Shown: piece by piece, positions 18,223 to 28,582 of the stretch
How the letters are laid out: every line of letters begins with the position of its first letter
Position numbering within the stretch: position 1 is the stretch's first letter
From: a virus
Virus record (IMG/VR): IMGVR_UViG_3300010430_000020
Span: 15,149 to 79,148 of that record
Length of the DNA stretch: 64,000 bases
Strand: one strand, 5' to 3'
Position numbers and translations under genes: made by a program
The notes under the pieces: model-generated
Seen by the model: only the letters and a program-made list of their open reading frames with translations
What the model was told of the DNA's origin: nothing
Database searches by the model: none

Positions 18223-18867
18223 TTAATTGGGGAGCCAGATATAGTCGGACATTGAGGCATGTTTCATCTTATACCCCAGGCTTTGCATTAGCTGGCCCAA
18301 TTCCTTATTCTTATTCTCGACAATAACAACTGGTTTGAACTTCTTGATTGTCTCGATGCCACCCCTGATGGCTTCTAGTTCATAACCTTCAATATCCAGT
18401 TGAATCATATCACACTTACGAACGCACAATGAATCGATTGTAAACATCGGCACGCGCCCGGCCACTTCATTGTATACGGTAGTGAAAACACCTCGATTGG
18501 TCTTGACATGCTGATCATTGACAACACAGGTACCAACCTTTGGTCCGAGTGCTGCATGAAAATGATAGACATGTTTGCAGGGGGTGTTATAGGACATGCA
18601 ATAGAAGTTTAACCAGTCAGGCTCAAATGCATATACATTCTTGAAGCGTTTGGCATATGCCCTGACATATACACCCATATTGGCACCGGCAGTGATGATA
18701 AGATCACTACCCTTCAGGTCTTCGAAATATTTGTGTCTGTGTGAATTCTTCCAGTCCGAGAACGGGCCTTTCCAGGCTCCTTGTTCGCCATGCGGCCACA
18801 TCCATTGATCACCAAGTCCAGGCTCTAATTCTTGTTCGCGCATCTCGACCAGACTAGCTACATTCAT
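18223..18867 (-). CDS. FkbM-family SAM-dependent methyltransferase
   Basis: AGANMG, YAFEP, IQLDIEGYE, FKPVVIVE; start placed at MNVAS. Confidence 0.85.
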   Translation of the reverse strand: MNVASLVEMREQELEPGLGDQWMWPHGEQGAWKGPFSDWKNSHRHKYFEDLKGSDLIITAGANMGVYVRAYAKRFKNVYAFEPDWLNFYCMSYNTPCKHVYHFHAALGPKVGTCVVNDQHVKTNRGVFTTVYNEVAGRVPMFTIDSLCVRKCDMIQLDIEGYELEAIRGGIETIKKFKPVVIVENKNKELGQLMQSLGYKMKHASMSDYIWLPN

Positions 18868-18871
18868 CGTG

Positions 18872-19222
18872 TTAGCTATTCTTGGCACGGATAGCTTCTT
18901 TGAGGACTTCTTTATTTTTCTCGACCACCGATTCTTTCCGCGACCTGATACGACTCGCAGTGGTCTGGACACCCCAGTTTTCTTCGGCTTTTGCGTTAAA
19001 TTCACCGGGCTTGTAAACCTTGTTTCCATCCGCAGATTTTACTTTCCCTGTGCCCTGCTCATAGTTACGAATGCCGTGTTGTCTGGCCAGCTCGCGGGAT
19101 TGATATTCACCATAGTGCCTAGTGCCACTACCCTCTGGCTTCAGTTGTACCTCATGATAGGTTACGCGCTTTGGCTTTCCCATAATGCCGCGATGTACTA
19201 CTTTGTAGATATGCTTTTCCAT
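18872..19222 (-). CDS. hypothetical basic protein
   Basis: AAGGAG RBS; CATAAATA at 19244-19251. Confidence 0.6.
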   Translation of the reverse strand: MEKHIYKVVHRGIMGKPKRVTYHEVQLKPEGSGTRHYGEYQSRELARQHGIRNYEQGTGKVKSADGNKVYKPGEFNAKAEENWGVQTTASRIRSRKESVVEKNKEVLKEAIRAKNS

Positions 19223-19418
19223 ATGAACGCTCCTTTTTGCTAATATTTATGCGTTGAATGGATTTGTCAAGAAAAAACCACGGGGTAAACCCATTGAATG
19301 CGCCACCTGCATTGAGCCAATTGATCATGCTAACTGAGGATTTCTTGTTGGATTGAGCAATCACATGACCTGTGTGTTCCTCGATTATTTTACCTCTATT
19401 GAACTTATATTTTCCCAT
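19152..19418 (-). CDS. hypothetical protein
   Basis: LNAGGAFNGFTPWFF motif recalled from T4-like phages near gp41. Confidence 0.55.
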   Translation of the reverse strand: MGKYKFNRGKIIEEHTGHVIAQSNKKSSVSMINWLNAGGAFNGFTPWFFLDKSIQRINISKKERSYGKAYLQSSTSRHYGKAKARNLS

Positions 19419-19609
19419 TGTTGATTAGCAGCCTCCTCTTTCTACCAAATTCTGCTGTATAAACTCTATCCTTATAGCCAATAGCAGAATGTGTACAGAA
19501 CTGTACTTCTTTAAACATATCCGGGTAACCCTCCAAATAACTCATTGTGTACTTTGGGTCTTTTATTCCTGGCGCATGATGTTTGGTTCGATGTTTGTCG
19601 CAATTCATG
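19405..19609 (-). CDS. hypothetical protein
   Basis: 3' part of track ORF 19405-19740, probable start near MNCDK (boundary approximate). Confidence 0.4.
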
Positions 19610-19627
19610 GTTTTCTGATAGTGCTGA

Positions 19628-21013
19628 CTAGAAAAAGCCATTGAACTTTGCTCTATCAATTTCGGACCTTCCCCCCATAGGTGTCTGGTCTGCAACTGGG
19701 CCATCGAGCACATCTTCCTGAGCTTCTTGGTCAACATCATAATACCTCATCTTAGGTTTATCTATTCCAATCACAAACCGGGTGTCGTGCGTCGGATCGC
19801 CCAGGCGATTCTTCAGTTGCTTGACCATTTGCTGATCCAGTTCATTCAGCTCATCTGTTGAGATAAGGGCAAACATTAGGTCCGTCGTGGCAGGCAGTCC
19901 GAACGACTCCGCTGTGTCTTCTAAACCGGGGTCTGAGGAGGAAAATCCTGCTCTATTTGTTTGGGTAGCAGTGATTATAGGTATTGAGCACTCAACTGCG
20001 AGGCCCCTTAATTCCTCGGCAATTGCTTTGATGTACTCATATGATGACGACATGCCACGACGAAGCCTAGATGAAGCACAGATATTGATGTAGTCTACAT
20101 ACATCACATCCGGCTTGAAATGTTTCTTGAGTTTCAGTTCATTTAGTAGGTGTTTGAAATTCAGTGAGGAGGCACTGGTTGTTGGATATTCCTTGATGAT
20201 CAGCTTGCCTATTGTCTTGACCAGATTGATCCGGCGTTGATACTCATCCTTCTCAATCCTGGCTAGCTCGGCTATGGGTGTATCCAGGATATTTGCATCG
20301 ATGCGCTCGGCAATACGCCAGTCCGCCATCTCTAGCGTGATATACAGCACATTCCTGCCGCTCTGAAGGTCATGGGCGGCCTCTGAGCACATCCAGCGGG
20401 ACTTACCCACCCCGGTACCTGCCAGGGCCACAGTGAGCGTCTTATCAGGTAATCCGCCTCCTGATATTTTATTGAACATCTGTAGGGAGAATGGTTTGCG
20501 TACCTCAACACTGGTATAGTGGTGCCAGCGAGCCTCCCAGTCTTCCAGGAGGTTGTGTCCGATATTCGTATCGAATGAGACCGAAAGTGCCTTGGTCAGT
20601 ATCTCGGGTATACTGCCTTTGGTGTCTGGTTTGTTTTCGGCAATATCAATCGATGACAGCAGGGCAATATGAATCGCCCGCTCCTGACAGAAATGCTCAG
20701 TCTTGTCGATGATCCAGTCGAGATCGAAACTCTTCTCGGATCGGAGACCATCTATTGTGCTTTTTGTACTCTGAAATAGTTCTTGACTGAGATTGTCGGT
20801 ATTTGACAGCTCTATCTGTAGGGCTTCTTTACTCGGGAGGGTATTGTATTTGGCGAGGTATTTGCCGATCAGTTTAAATAGAAGCTTCTCGGCCTTACCG
20901 TGGAAGTATTCCTCTCGAAGATAGGGCAGACACTTACGAACATAATCATCATTCTCAATCAAATTCAGAAGGACGACTGTTTCTAATTTCAACGCTGATC
21001 CTTCTTGAGCCAC
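19628..21013 (-). CDS. gp41: replicative DNA helicase
   Basis: AGTGVGKS, LYITLEM, IKEYPT, DYINIC, TATQTNR, ESFGLPAT, QLKNR. Confidence 0.95.
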   Translation of the reverse strand: MAQEGSALKLETVVLLNLIENDDYVRKCLPYLREEYFHGKAEKLLFKLIGKYLAKYNTLPSKEALQIELSNTDNLSQELFQSTKSTIDGLRSEKSFDLDWIIDKTEHFCQERAIHIALLSSIDIAENKPDTKGSIPEILTKALSVSFDTNIGHNLLEDWEARWHHYTSVEVRKPFSLQMFNKISGGGLPDKTLTVALAGTGVGKSRWMCSEAAHDLQSGRNVLYITLEMADWRIAERIDANILDTPIAELARIEKDEYQRRINLVKTIGKLIIKEYPTTSASSLNFKHLLNELKLKKHFKPDVMYVDYINICASSRLRRGMSSSYEYIKAIAEELRGLAVECSIPIITATQTNRAGFSSSDPGLEDTAESFGLPATTDLMFALISTDELNELDQQMVKQLKNRLGDPTHDTRFVIGIDKPKMRYYDVDQEAQEDVLDGPVADQTPMGGRSEIDRAKFNGFF

Positions 21014-21267
21014 CGTTCAATTCTGGCATCATTTTTCATTGCATCGCGCATCATATCCAGCACCACATGTATGGCGACCTCTTCCGCCACGCGCGCAGTG
21101 ATTCGCTCAACATCAATACCATCATATATGCTATGCACTGTGTTGACAATAACCACTTGATTATTCAGGTTGAATACGACCTTGACATGATAATCCTTGA
21201 GGTCTTGCTCAATGATCATGGAGCCCTTGAAGAAGTTACCCCCCAGGTTGAGTTTGGTAATAACCAC
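20989..21267 (-). CDS. hypothetical protein
   Basis: probable GTG start at 21267 within track ORF 20989-21417. Confidence 0.45.
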   Translation of the reverse strand: MVITKLNLGGNFFKGSMIIEQDLKDYHVKVVFNLNNQVVIVNTVHSIYDGIDVERITARVAEEVAIHVVLDMMRDAMKNDARIERWLKKDQR

Positions 21268-21274
21268 CCCCTGA

Positions 21275-21511
21275 TCACGTCTTTCCTTCTTTCTCAGAAA
21301 CTCCTCGGTCGCCACTACATTGTTTGCCACGTTCTTTAAGCACCTTTTTCGCCATCTTCTTGAAGCTTTTGCTGAGTACCTTATTGCAGGTATCAGGATT
21401 ATTCTTGATCCAGCCAATGATCATCTTATAGGTATTTACCTTTTGCTCCAGGCGACGAATGCGTTGCTCTTGATGATCCAATACTTCTCTGTAGAAACTA
21501 TCTTCCATCAC
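21275..21511 (-). CDS. hypothetical protein
   Basis: ORF with AGGGG RBS. Confidence 0.5.
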   Translation of the reverse strand: MMEDSFYREVLDHQEQRIRRLEQKVNTYKMIIGWIKNNPDTCNKVLSKSFKKMAKKVLKERGKQCSGDRGVSEKEGKT

Positions 21512-21609
21512 ATTCCCCTAGTGATAGGCTAGCTGCATGTATATTATAACAATAATGAAAAGCCAAACCGGAATTAATTGGACAATGACTCGGTGCCAGT
21601 CATCACTAT

Positions 21610-21849
21610 TCATAGATTACTCTTTAATACTGCTTGCTCTGCAATATCCTTGATATCAATAACAGCATCTATACTTTTCAGCGCGAGTCTATTTGCGGGT
21701 TTGTCATCCAGGCGATCCAAAATATCAAGCACCGCATTTCTAAACAGGTCGCGCTCGTGCTCCACCTCTGAGATTTTTATATCCAGGCGGGCAATGTAGT
21801 CATCATAGAATTTTTGATCGCGTTCTTTCATACTTTCCTCATCCATCAC
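21610..21849 (-). CDS. hypothetical coiled-coil protein
   Basis: overlaps the uvsX stop codon. Confidence 0.55.
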   Translation of the reverse strand: MMDEESMKERDQKFYDDYIARLDIKISEVEHERDLFRNAVLDILDRLDDKPANRLALKSIDAVIDIKDIAEQAVLKSNL

Positions 21850-22871
21850 TGTCCGTATAGATATTCTTTCTGCGCGGCCTCTTCTAACTGTTCCATGACT
21901 TCTTCGGTATAAACTTCTTCTGGGTGCTCATTTATGTATTTGCCGTAGACTTTTCGACCATCTGACAATTGATATTGGGTTGAGACTTTTTTGATGATGC
22001 CGTACTTTTCTCCGAGAGATAGCAAACCAAAATACTTGTCCAGGCCGTGTTCATACGTGAGGAGAAGCTGCGTTTCCGCATTCTCTCTTGATATCCGTGA
22101 CTTTTGGGTCTTAACCGCGATAATATTACCAAGTATCTCATTCGTATCTTTCGTGCGCGTGACCGCCTTGTCTTGCTTCTTTGTCAGGAACAGAATAGTG
22201 GACGCCGCATATTTCAGACCTGCGCCGCCACCCATCTCTTTGGTCGGAACATATGCCCCCACCACATCATAAATATGATTGGTAAGTATCAGAGGTACTT
22301 GTACCTTAGCCAGATGTAATGTCAACACCCTGAATGTGGCTCGCACCAACTGCGCACGGGTCATGTCGCGGGTGTCCTTACCAGCCTCGCTATCTTCCAT
22401 TTCCTTACTGGTTGACAACATCCCAAGACTATCCAGCACAATGAGCATCTGTGGCCGATCTTCTTTGGCCTCATATGCTCTGAGTATCTTGATCACATGT
22501 GTTCTGAATTGCTGCAGGGTAGCCACCTCACAGATAATTACCCGGTTAGCATCGATACCCCTGGCATCCATCATGCTCCGGGTCACAGCAGCCTCGGTGT
22601 CGTAAAACACCACCAAATTTTCGGGGTTGGTATCCAGAAAGTTCTTGATCACCGACAGCGCAAAGAATGTCTTACCAGTTGCAGATGCACCTGCCAACGC
22701 AACAATCTTATTGTTGGGGACGCCGCCATACAGGCTACCAGATAGAATTGCATTGAGCATATAGCAGCCAGTATCAATAAATCCCGAGAACTCGGCAGAA
22801 CCCTTTTCATCGGCTGCTATTGTAGTGAAATCATCCTTCATTTCCTCAACGAGGTCTTTCACAAAGTTCAT
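21846..22871 (-). CDS. uvsX: RecA-like recombinase
   Basis: GASATGKT, YDTEAA, LDSLGML, DMTRAQ, MGGGAGLKYAAS. Confidence 0.95.
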   Translation of the reverse strand: MNFVKDLVEEMKDDFTTIAADEKGSAEFSGFIDTGCYMLNAILSGSLYGGVPNNKIVALAGASATGKTFFALSVIKNFLDTNPENLVVFYDTEAAVTRSMMDARGIDANRVIICEVATLQQFRTHVIKILRAYEAKEDRPQMLIVLDSLGMLSTSKEMEDSEAGKDTRDMTRAQLVRATFRVLTLHLAKVQVPLILTNHIYDVVGAYVPTKEMGGGAGLKYAASTILFLTKKQDKAVTRTKDTNEILGNIIAVKTQKSRISRENAETQLLLTYEHGLDKYFGLLSLGEKYGIIKKVSTQYQLSDGRKVYGKYINEHPEEVYTEEVMEQLEEAAQKEYLYGQ

Positions 22872-23344
22872 TGTCTTCCTGATTCCTCTAATATTTTCCT
22901 ATTGGACTCTTCGATAATTTCATCGATGTTAGGACATCTCCAGCCACGATTCAATCGCTGTGCCTTCCTACAGAAACCGATCATATCTCGGGAGCGCCAG
23001 CGGTGGTAGATGCTCCTCTTTTTGGCCAAGATTTCCTCGACCACATCCAATTCCTTATCGAGCTTTTCAACCTCTTTCGTTGTCTCGATCACATCTTCTT
23101 TGATAATTTCTCTCGTTTCCTGAAGGTTTTTATTAGACAATTTCAAGATGCTGAGTTCTTCTAAAACATCAATCTTTAGCTGGTCTCTTGCTATCTCTTC
23201 ATAAACCCAGTGGCCTGCCGCCAGGAAAAGACCGCTCCAAACCACAAGAACCAGAATAAGAAAGGCCAAGTTATTACTGAACAGCTTCTCTACCATCCTA
23301 TTTCCCATTATATACAGGGTCCTGACCGTGTGTTTTGATATCAT
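22868..23344 (-). CDS. membrane-anchored coiled-coil protein (paralogue of 23298-23636)
   Basis: TM helix, coiled coil, C...GWRCP. Confidence 0.6.
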   Translation of the reverse strand: MISKHTVRTLYIMGNRMVEKLFSNNLAFLILVLVVWSGLFLAAGHWVYEEIARDQLKIDVLEELSILKLSNKNLQETREIIKEDVIETTKEVEKLDKELDVVEEILAKKRSIYHRWRSRDMIGFCRKAQRLNRGWRCPNIDEIIEESNRKILEESGRQ

Positions 23345-23636
23345 TAATTTTCGGGCATTTCCAGCCAGGATTCACTTTCTCCATATCCTTACAAACCCGC
23401 TTAACATCCTCCATTGTGATATGAAGATGATCATTCTTATCAATGGTTTGCAAAAACTGCTGTTGATTCACAACAGCAGAGTCCAGGTTTTCCAGATTCT
23501 GTAATACATTCTGTTTTAGTTGTTGTTGTTCTCGCTCTATATTCAGCCACTGATTTAGTACTACGAGCATTCCAGTCCATATCATAAACACCAAAATATA
23601 AAAGGCTATTTTATTTGAGAATATCTTTTCTATCAT
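23298..23636 (-). CDS. membrane-anchored coiled-coil protein (paralogue of 22868-23344)
   Basis: TM helix, coiled coil, C...GWKCP. Confidence 0.6.
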   Translation of the reverse strand: MIEKIFSNKIAFYILVFMIWTGMLVVLNQWLNIEREQQQLKQNVLQNLENLDSAVVNQQQFLQTIDKNDHLHITMEDVKRVCKDMEKVNPGWKCPKINDIKTHGQDPVYNGK

Positions 23637-24477
23637 TCTTGGGTATTGATCTCTTTATTGTTGTTACCGGTTTCGTTACAGCGACCGGCTTTCTTTGAAT
23701 TGGATTATCTATATAGCGCAGTATATATCCAGTACCAATTAGTAGAGCAATTGCCAGCGGGTCAAACACAGCAACCAGGATAATGATCAATCCTCGTACT
23801 GCGGTGTTCAATTCTTCTGGATTTGCATCGCCATAAATGAGATTTACAACATATTTGAGAGGGCCAACTTTTGACTCAGAATATCTTTTCTTGGTCTCCA
23901 GGAGAATCTTCTCCTCTTGCAAGTCCAAGATTTCACGACGGATTTCCCCCTTCTGATCAATCAGTTCGCGCTTGTCCTTCGTGTACTTTCTATTTAGTTG
24001 TAAGCTTTTGGTGACATACCCCTTGCGGGCTGCCTCTGCTATGACGTTATCGATCACATTGATCTGGTTGTCAATAGTCTCAATCTGTTGATTCTTCGAA
24101 TCAATTTGCACATCATAGGATTTCAGCTTGCCATCATACGTAGTCGAAATTTCTGTCTTCTGAACAATGTGCGCCTTGGCCAGGAAACCGTAGATGCCCA
24201 GAGAGGTAATGCCCATCAGCACGAGCACCGCACAGACCAGATAGGATTTGACACTGATTGGCAGTAAGCGCCAGTTGAGGTGTGCCCAGTAGGCTGTAGA
24301 AACTTTGGCGGACTCCAGTACAATGGCCATAACCATGATCGCCTGGGGGCTGGCTGAGAATATTTCCATGAGCCCCAGAACCGAAAAGAAGGCCGCCACC
24401 ATAGACAAACAAATAGCGATACCCAGGGTAATATACGTCGTAATCCTAATCATTGATTTCCATTCCTGCGACCTCAA
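23611..24477 (-). CDS. multi-pass membrane protein with a coiled coil, conserved in T4-like phages
   Basis: AAFFSVLGL, LESAK, ITSLGIYGFLAKAH, VGPLKY, VFDPLAIALL. Confidence 0.75.
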   Translation of the reverse strand: MRSQEWKSMIRITTYITLGIAICLSMVAAFFSVLGLMEIFSASPQAIMVMAIVLESAKVSTAYWAHLNWRLLPISVKSYLVCAVLVLMGITSLGIYGFLAKAHIVQKTEISTTYDGKLKSYDVQIDSKNQQIETIDNQINVIDNVIAEAARKGYVTKSLQLNRKYTKDKRELIDQKGEIRREILDLQEEKILLETKKRYSESKVGPLKYVVNLIYGDANPEELNTAVRGLIIILVAVFDPLAIALLIGTGYILRYIDNPIQRKPVAVTKPVTTIKRSIPKNDRKDILK

Positions 24478-24694
24478 GAAGTGCCAGCTTGAAGGCCGTT
24501 ACTTTTTCTACCCGATTGGGCCAGTAAATAGTTGGCTTCTCAGGTGATTTCATCAAATTATTGAGTAGCGGGAGCACCATATTGACCACCTCTTCAAGCT
24601 TCTTCTGATCGGCCTCGATCTTTTCTGCTTTAGCTGGCGGAACAAAATCCTCATCTTCCAGAGAAAAACCAAAATCCCATACACGTTCACTCAT
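24446..24694 (-). CDS. conserved hypothetical protein
   Basis: DFGFS...PLLNNLMKSPEKPTIYWPNR. Confidence 0.7.
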   Translation of the reverse strand: MSERVWDFGFSLEDEDFVPPAKAEKIEADQKKLEEVVNMVLPLLNNLMKSPEKPTIYWPNRVEKVTAFKLALLEVAGMEIND

Positions 24695-24787
24695 CTAATA
24701 GCTCCTTGACATCATCAATAGCCTCTTTACTTACCGGAAAATATGATAATGAACATACTGATCAAGATGGTAGCCACTTCTATACTA

Positions 24788-25129
24788 TCAAACATCAGCC
24801 TTGCCTTGCGTCGCCAGTGATTCTTCTTCCATCCAACGATCTCGATATCGCTCGGATAGTCTATTCATTTCACTAAGACGTTCAGCAGCCAAATGTTCTG
24901 CATCGATTACCTTCTGTTCCAGCTCCTCGATGCGCCTGTTCGCGAACCTAAGTTCAGTCTTCATTTTGGAGTTGAGCTTTTCGTGGCGTTCAATAATGGC
25001 ATTACGAACAACCGGGCGGTTTTCAATGACACGGTTCCGCTCCTCAAGCTCCTCGATGCGCTTCTCTGCAATCACACGCTTACCAGCTTCAATTTTGTAC
25101 AGGTCTTCGAAGTCTTGATAATCACTCAT
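24788..25129 (-). CDS. coiled-coil hypothetical protein
   Basis: repeated RIEELE heptads. Confidence 0.55.
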   Translation of the reverse strand: MSDYQDFEDLYKIEAGKRVIAEKRIEELEERNRVIENRPVVRNAIIERHEKLNSKMKTELRFANRRIEELEQKVIDAEHLAAERLSEMNRLSERYRDRWMEEESLATQGKADV

Positions 25130-25338
25130 TGCTTCACTCCAAAATAACGGGTAAGTTCCCGAAAAGCGGCACGAGTCTTCTTCGCATCCTCCAGATCAAT
25201 TCGTTGACAATTTTTTCCTCCGGCTTTATATCGACGCTTACATGTCTTATACTCAATTTCGATATCTTCCAAATAATCAGCCAAGAGTTGTTTCATCAAT
25301 GCTTCTTTTGAGTCCCATGATAGTTTCATTGTCATCAT
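25126..25338 (-). CDS. hypothetical protein
   Basis: overlaps the gp43 stop codon. Confidence 0.55.
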   Translation of the reverse strand: MMTMKLSWDSKEALMKQLLADYLEDIEIEYKTCKRRYKAGGKNCQRIDLEDAKKTRAAFRELTRYFGVKQ

Positions 25339-27821
25339 CCAAAAAAATCCTCAATGGTGTACATCTCTTCAGTCTTCCAACCAATAACATCCGTAATCGA
25401 GCGCAGTGGCTGCAGGTATGCCTTTTCAAACTGCATATTGCGGTCGATATACTCATACGCACCGAATTCCTTGGGCAGGTACCCAGGGGATGCAATAACG
25501 GTCTGATGGAGGGGATTTGGGACTTTGAGGTAAGCGAATTTGATCTTGTCCCCATCATATATCGGTGTCATATTCAATTTGTGCTTCTTTAGCAGATTGT
25601 TATATATCAGACTCCCTTTGGTGTGGATGGGTGTCCCTTTGGCATAGATTGTCTGGTGGTCTGTGTATTTAGTAAGCCCGTTAACCCCGCGCGGAAAGGC
25701 AATATCAGAGAAGGGCATCTCATCGAACCTCTTGCGAAAGTCCTCGACATATTTGATGAGGGTTTCGTTGTCTTCTGTCAGGATAATTTTCAGGGATTCT
25801 TTCAGAGCGCGGCGGCAACACTCAGGTACTGAAGATCGAATGGCTTCGATCCCCATCATTTTTAATTCTGGCTCCTTATAACGTATGCCCTCTGAATCGA
25901 GAACATACAACACATACATTTTTTTGGCTTTCCAAATACCCTTAGATGCGATGACTTCTCTTTTCATCACCATCGCATTCTTTTTGGCATTCATAATTTC
26001 GGCGAGTTGTCGGTATGCTCTGTCAATTTCTGGTTGGATAACCTTCTCGGAAAAAGAAGACAGTGTATCAACTGTATCAATACAATCATCCCCACTATGA
26101 AGATAGCGATGTACAATAGGAGCGAGATTGAGATAGATAGAGTCTGTGTCCATAGCGACCACAAAGTCTTCATTCTCTGTTCCCAGCTTGTTGTTGATAA
26201 AACTATTTATGTGTTTCTCAACCCAACGGATGGAAAGCTGGCCAGACAATGTAATGGCCTCGGCATTGTCGGAATCATAGAACATGAACCACTGATTTCC
26301 AACAGCGCCGTAGGCCGAATTTAGGAAGATTTTCATCGCCATCTGAGCAGTCTGAAATTGATCGATCTTGTCGCCGACCTCTTCACCTGCTGCTTTGCGC
26401 TTCTCCCAGGCTACTTTTTGCAGACGATACTCGGTTCGCTTGCTAAAATATTTTTGCATAAGGGCTGGTAGAAAACCGATACGTACACGATCATAAAGAC
26501 AGCCATTAGCAGCCATAGAATATTCGCTATCATTCGTAATCTTTCCTCCAAGGAGTTTCTCGACCGAAACATTTTCATTCCTCCCACGAAATGTTTCTGG
26601 ACTGATATTATATTGTATTATAAGGTGTGGATACAACGACGTAAGGTCAAATGACACCACCCATTCGTGCAATCCAGAAATAGGCTCCTTTACATATGCT
26701 CCTTCATATGCCACTGTTTTGTGATGCTTCTCCTTTAGTGGCACCACGGTCTTGAAAGACATCAAATAGTTGTGAATCACGATCTCCCAGGGTAGAACAG
26801 ACCCCAGACTATCATTGAAATTCACCTTGTTATCGTATGCCATCACGAAAATCAGATCAAGTAGCTTCTTCTTCTCGTTTAGGCGGTGTACCAAGTTCAC
26901 ATCTTTGATGTTGTATTCCAGGTACTTACGATAATCATTCTCATACAGATCATCAAGATTTTCATATTCAGAAAAATCTATCTTTTTCTCACCCAGCTCC
27001 ACATAAGCGATGTGATTTAGTGCATAACTCTCCTGCTGAGTGTATGTGAATTTCTTGTAGAGCTGCATACAGTCCAGGATACTTATGCCGAGAGGGACAT
27101 ATGTCTGCTGTTCCCGACCCATAACAAAGAGAGTCTTCTCGAATAGCTGCTCCCAGGGGCTAAGTTTGCGGGCCTGATGCTGCCCCAGAACCTTGGTGAT
27201 CCTGTTGACGAGATATGGAATATCGAAGAACTCCACGTTCCATCCAGTCACCACATCAGGTTGCCACCCATCGCTGTTCCAGGCTTGTATGAACCGCGCT
27301 AGCAGATCATGCTCATCCTTACAGAACACATAATGGACATTCTTGTCTGTGGGTTTGTATGGCTCCTTATAACCGAACACCAGGATACGGTCTCCCCGGC
27401 GCATGGTGAGCGCAGTAACAGGCTCCTTGGCATCCTCGATAAAGCGATCAAAGCCCGACTTGGGCAACTTGACCTCGATGTCAATCGTTACCACACTGAT
27501 CTGTTCTACATCATATGGGACTTCGGCGGGGAACAGATCGTTGAGGAACAAGTACTTCCAATTGGTCAGTCCATAGATTTTGAAGCCGGTGACATCCTCA
27601 TACCGCGCCAGGAATTCCTTGGCTTCCTTGATGGTATTAAAGGGCATCCTATCGACTGGCTGATCATCCAGAGTACGATATTCGGCATCTGCCTGCCTCG
27701 ATGGGACAAACAGGTATGGATGATATGGGATTTTGGTCTGTATACGCTTGCCGTTATTATACCCCCTAAACAATATGTTATTGCCATATTGGGCGACATG
27801 AGTATAGAATTTGCTCATCAT
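25335..27821 (-). CDS. gp43: DNA polymerase family B
   Basis: ExoI DIEV, ExoII GWNVEFFD, YNIKD, SFDLTSLYP, KIFLNSAYG, DTDS; uninterrupted. Confidence 0.97.
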   Translation of the reverse strand: MMSKFYTHVAQYGNNILFRGYNNGKRIQTKIPYHPYLFVPSRQADAEYRTLDDQPVDRMPFNTIKEAKEFLARYEDVTGFKIYGLTNWKYLFLNDLFPAEVPYDVEQISVVTIDIEVKLPKSGFDRFIEDAKEPVTALTMRRGDRILVFGYKEPYKPTDKNVHYVFCKDEHDLLARFIQAWNSDGWQPDVVTGWNVEFFDIPYLVNRITKVLGQHQARKLSPWEQLFEKTLFVMGREQQTYVPLGISILDCMQLYKKFTYTQQESYALNHIAYVELGEKKIDFSEYENLDDLYENDYRKYLEYNIKDVNLVHRLNEKKKLLDLIFVMAYDNKVNFNDSLGSVLPWEIVIHNYLMSFKTVVPLKEKHHKTVAYEGAYVKEPISGLHEWVVSFDLTSLYPHLIIQYNISPETFRGRNENVSVEKLLGGKITNDSEYSMAANGCLYDRVRIGFLPALMQKYFSKRTEYRLQKVAWEKRKAAGEEVGDKIDQFQTAQMAMKIFLNSAYGAVGNQWFMFYDSDNAEAITLSGQLSIRWVEKHINSFINNKLGTENEDFVVAMDTDSIYLNLAPIVHRYLHSGDDCIDTVDTLSSFSEKVIQPEIDRAYRQLAEIMNAKKNAMVMKREVIASKGIWKAKKMYVLYVLDSEGIRYKEPELKMMGIEAIRSSVPECCRRALKESLKIILTEDNETLIKYVEDFRKRFDEMPFSDIAFPRGVNGLTKYTDHQTIYAKGTPIHTKGSLIYNNLLKKHKLNMTPIYDGDKIKFAYLKVPNPLHQTVIASPGYLPKEFGAYEYIDRNMQFEKAYLQPLRSITDVIGWKTEEMYTIEDFFG

Positions 27822-27836
27822 ACCTCCAAACGACTG

Positions 27837-27865
27837 TTGGTAGCATACTTAGGTCACTGTGTCAA
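27837..27865 (-). promoter_or_regulatory. host-type promoter for gp43
   Basis: TTGACA-N17-TACCAA. Confidence 0.5.
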
Positions 27866-27898
27866 AATAAAAAAGTGCAGGTCGCGTGAAGAAACTTA

Positions 27899-27926
27899 TT
27901 GACTACCACAGCCAGTATAGTAGGAT
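27899..27926 (+). promoter_or_regulatory. host-type early promoter for the plus-strand island
   Basis: TTGACT-N16-TAGGAT upstream of a GAGGAG RBS. Confidence 0.45.
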
Positions 27927-27958
27927 GCAAATCAACAGCAACGAGGAGTGAGACCCCA

Positions 27959-28171
27959 ATGACCAAGATCAAATATCTTAGCATGTTGCAGCAGATTTAC
28001 TACACCGCCAACATGTCTGATAGCGATAATCCAGATAAGGCCGATTGGTTGGATGCAGATGCCTGTGCTCACCAGTGCCGCTCCATCGATCAGATGCTTT
28101 TGAATCTCGTTGATGGCGGCAGCATCACAGCAGAAGAATTCCAGACCTTTTATGACACATTGGGAGAGTGA
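27959..28171 (+). CDS. hypothetical protein
   Basis: MTKIKYL start after GAGGAG RBS. Confidence 0.6.
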   Translation: MTKIKYLSMLQQIYYTANMSDSDNPDKADWLDADACAHQCRSIDQMLLNLVDGGSITAEEFQTFYDTLGE

Positions 28172-28172
28172 A

Positions 28173-28373
28173 ATGAATGACTTTAAAATCACACTAGAAG
28201 AAGCACTATCACACTGGGCAAAAACTGCAACAGATGATGAACTCTACAGTATGTTCAATTCAATAGGCGATCAGTTAGCTGATGGTCCTAATCTCAAGGA
28301 ACTCCAGACGATACTGGAAATTCGTTCCGCCATCAGACCCGAAATTGAAAAACGTATGGGGAGGAAAGTATGA
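28173..28373 (+). CDS. hypothetical protein
   Basis: MNDFKIT start after GGGAG RBS. Confidence 0.6.
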   Translation: MNDFKITLEEALSHWAKTATDDELYSMFNSIGDQLADGPNLKELQTILEIRSAIRPEIEKRMGRKV

Positions 28374-28582
28374 AGTTTGTACAGAAGCGTTTATCTATTG
28401 ACGATCTGAAAAAAATGGTCAAGGATATGGACTTCATGCTAGAACGCTCAGAACTTCATGCTGAATTGTCCGACAGAGCACGATATAATAGTTGCATAAG
28501 GACAGTTAGACACATGGCCATGCGCATGAACAGAGGCTATGATTGGGAGGATTCTGAAAGCTGTGGCCAAAAAGAGAAATAG
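28370..28582 (+). CDS. hypothetical protein
   Basis: ATGA overlap; GGAGG RBS. Confidence 0.6.
   Translation: MKFVQKRLSIDDLKKMVKDMDFMLERSELHAELSDRARYNSCIRTVRHMAMRMNRGYDWEDSESCGQKEK

Noticed and set aside
18868-19029. Extended N-termini in the ORF track (FkbM, hsp20, giant gene, gp22, uvsW, 19405-19740, 20989-21417)
   Set aside because: They overlap upstream genes or promoters; internal starts with better RBS or spacing fit more closely.
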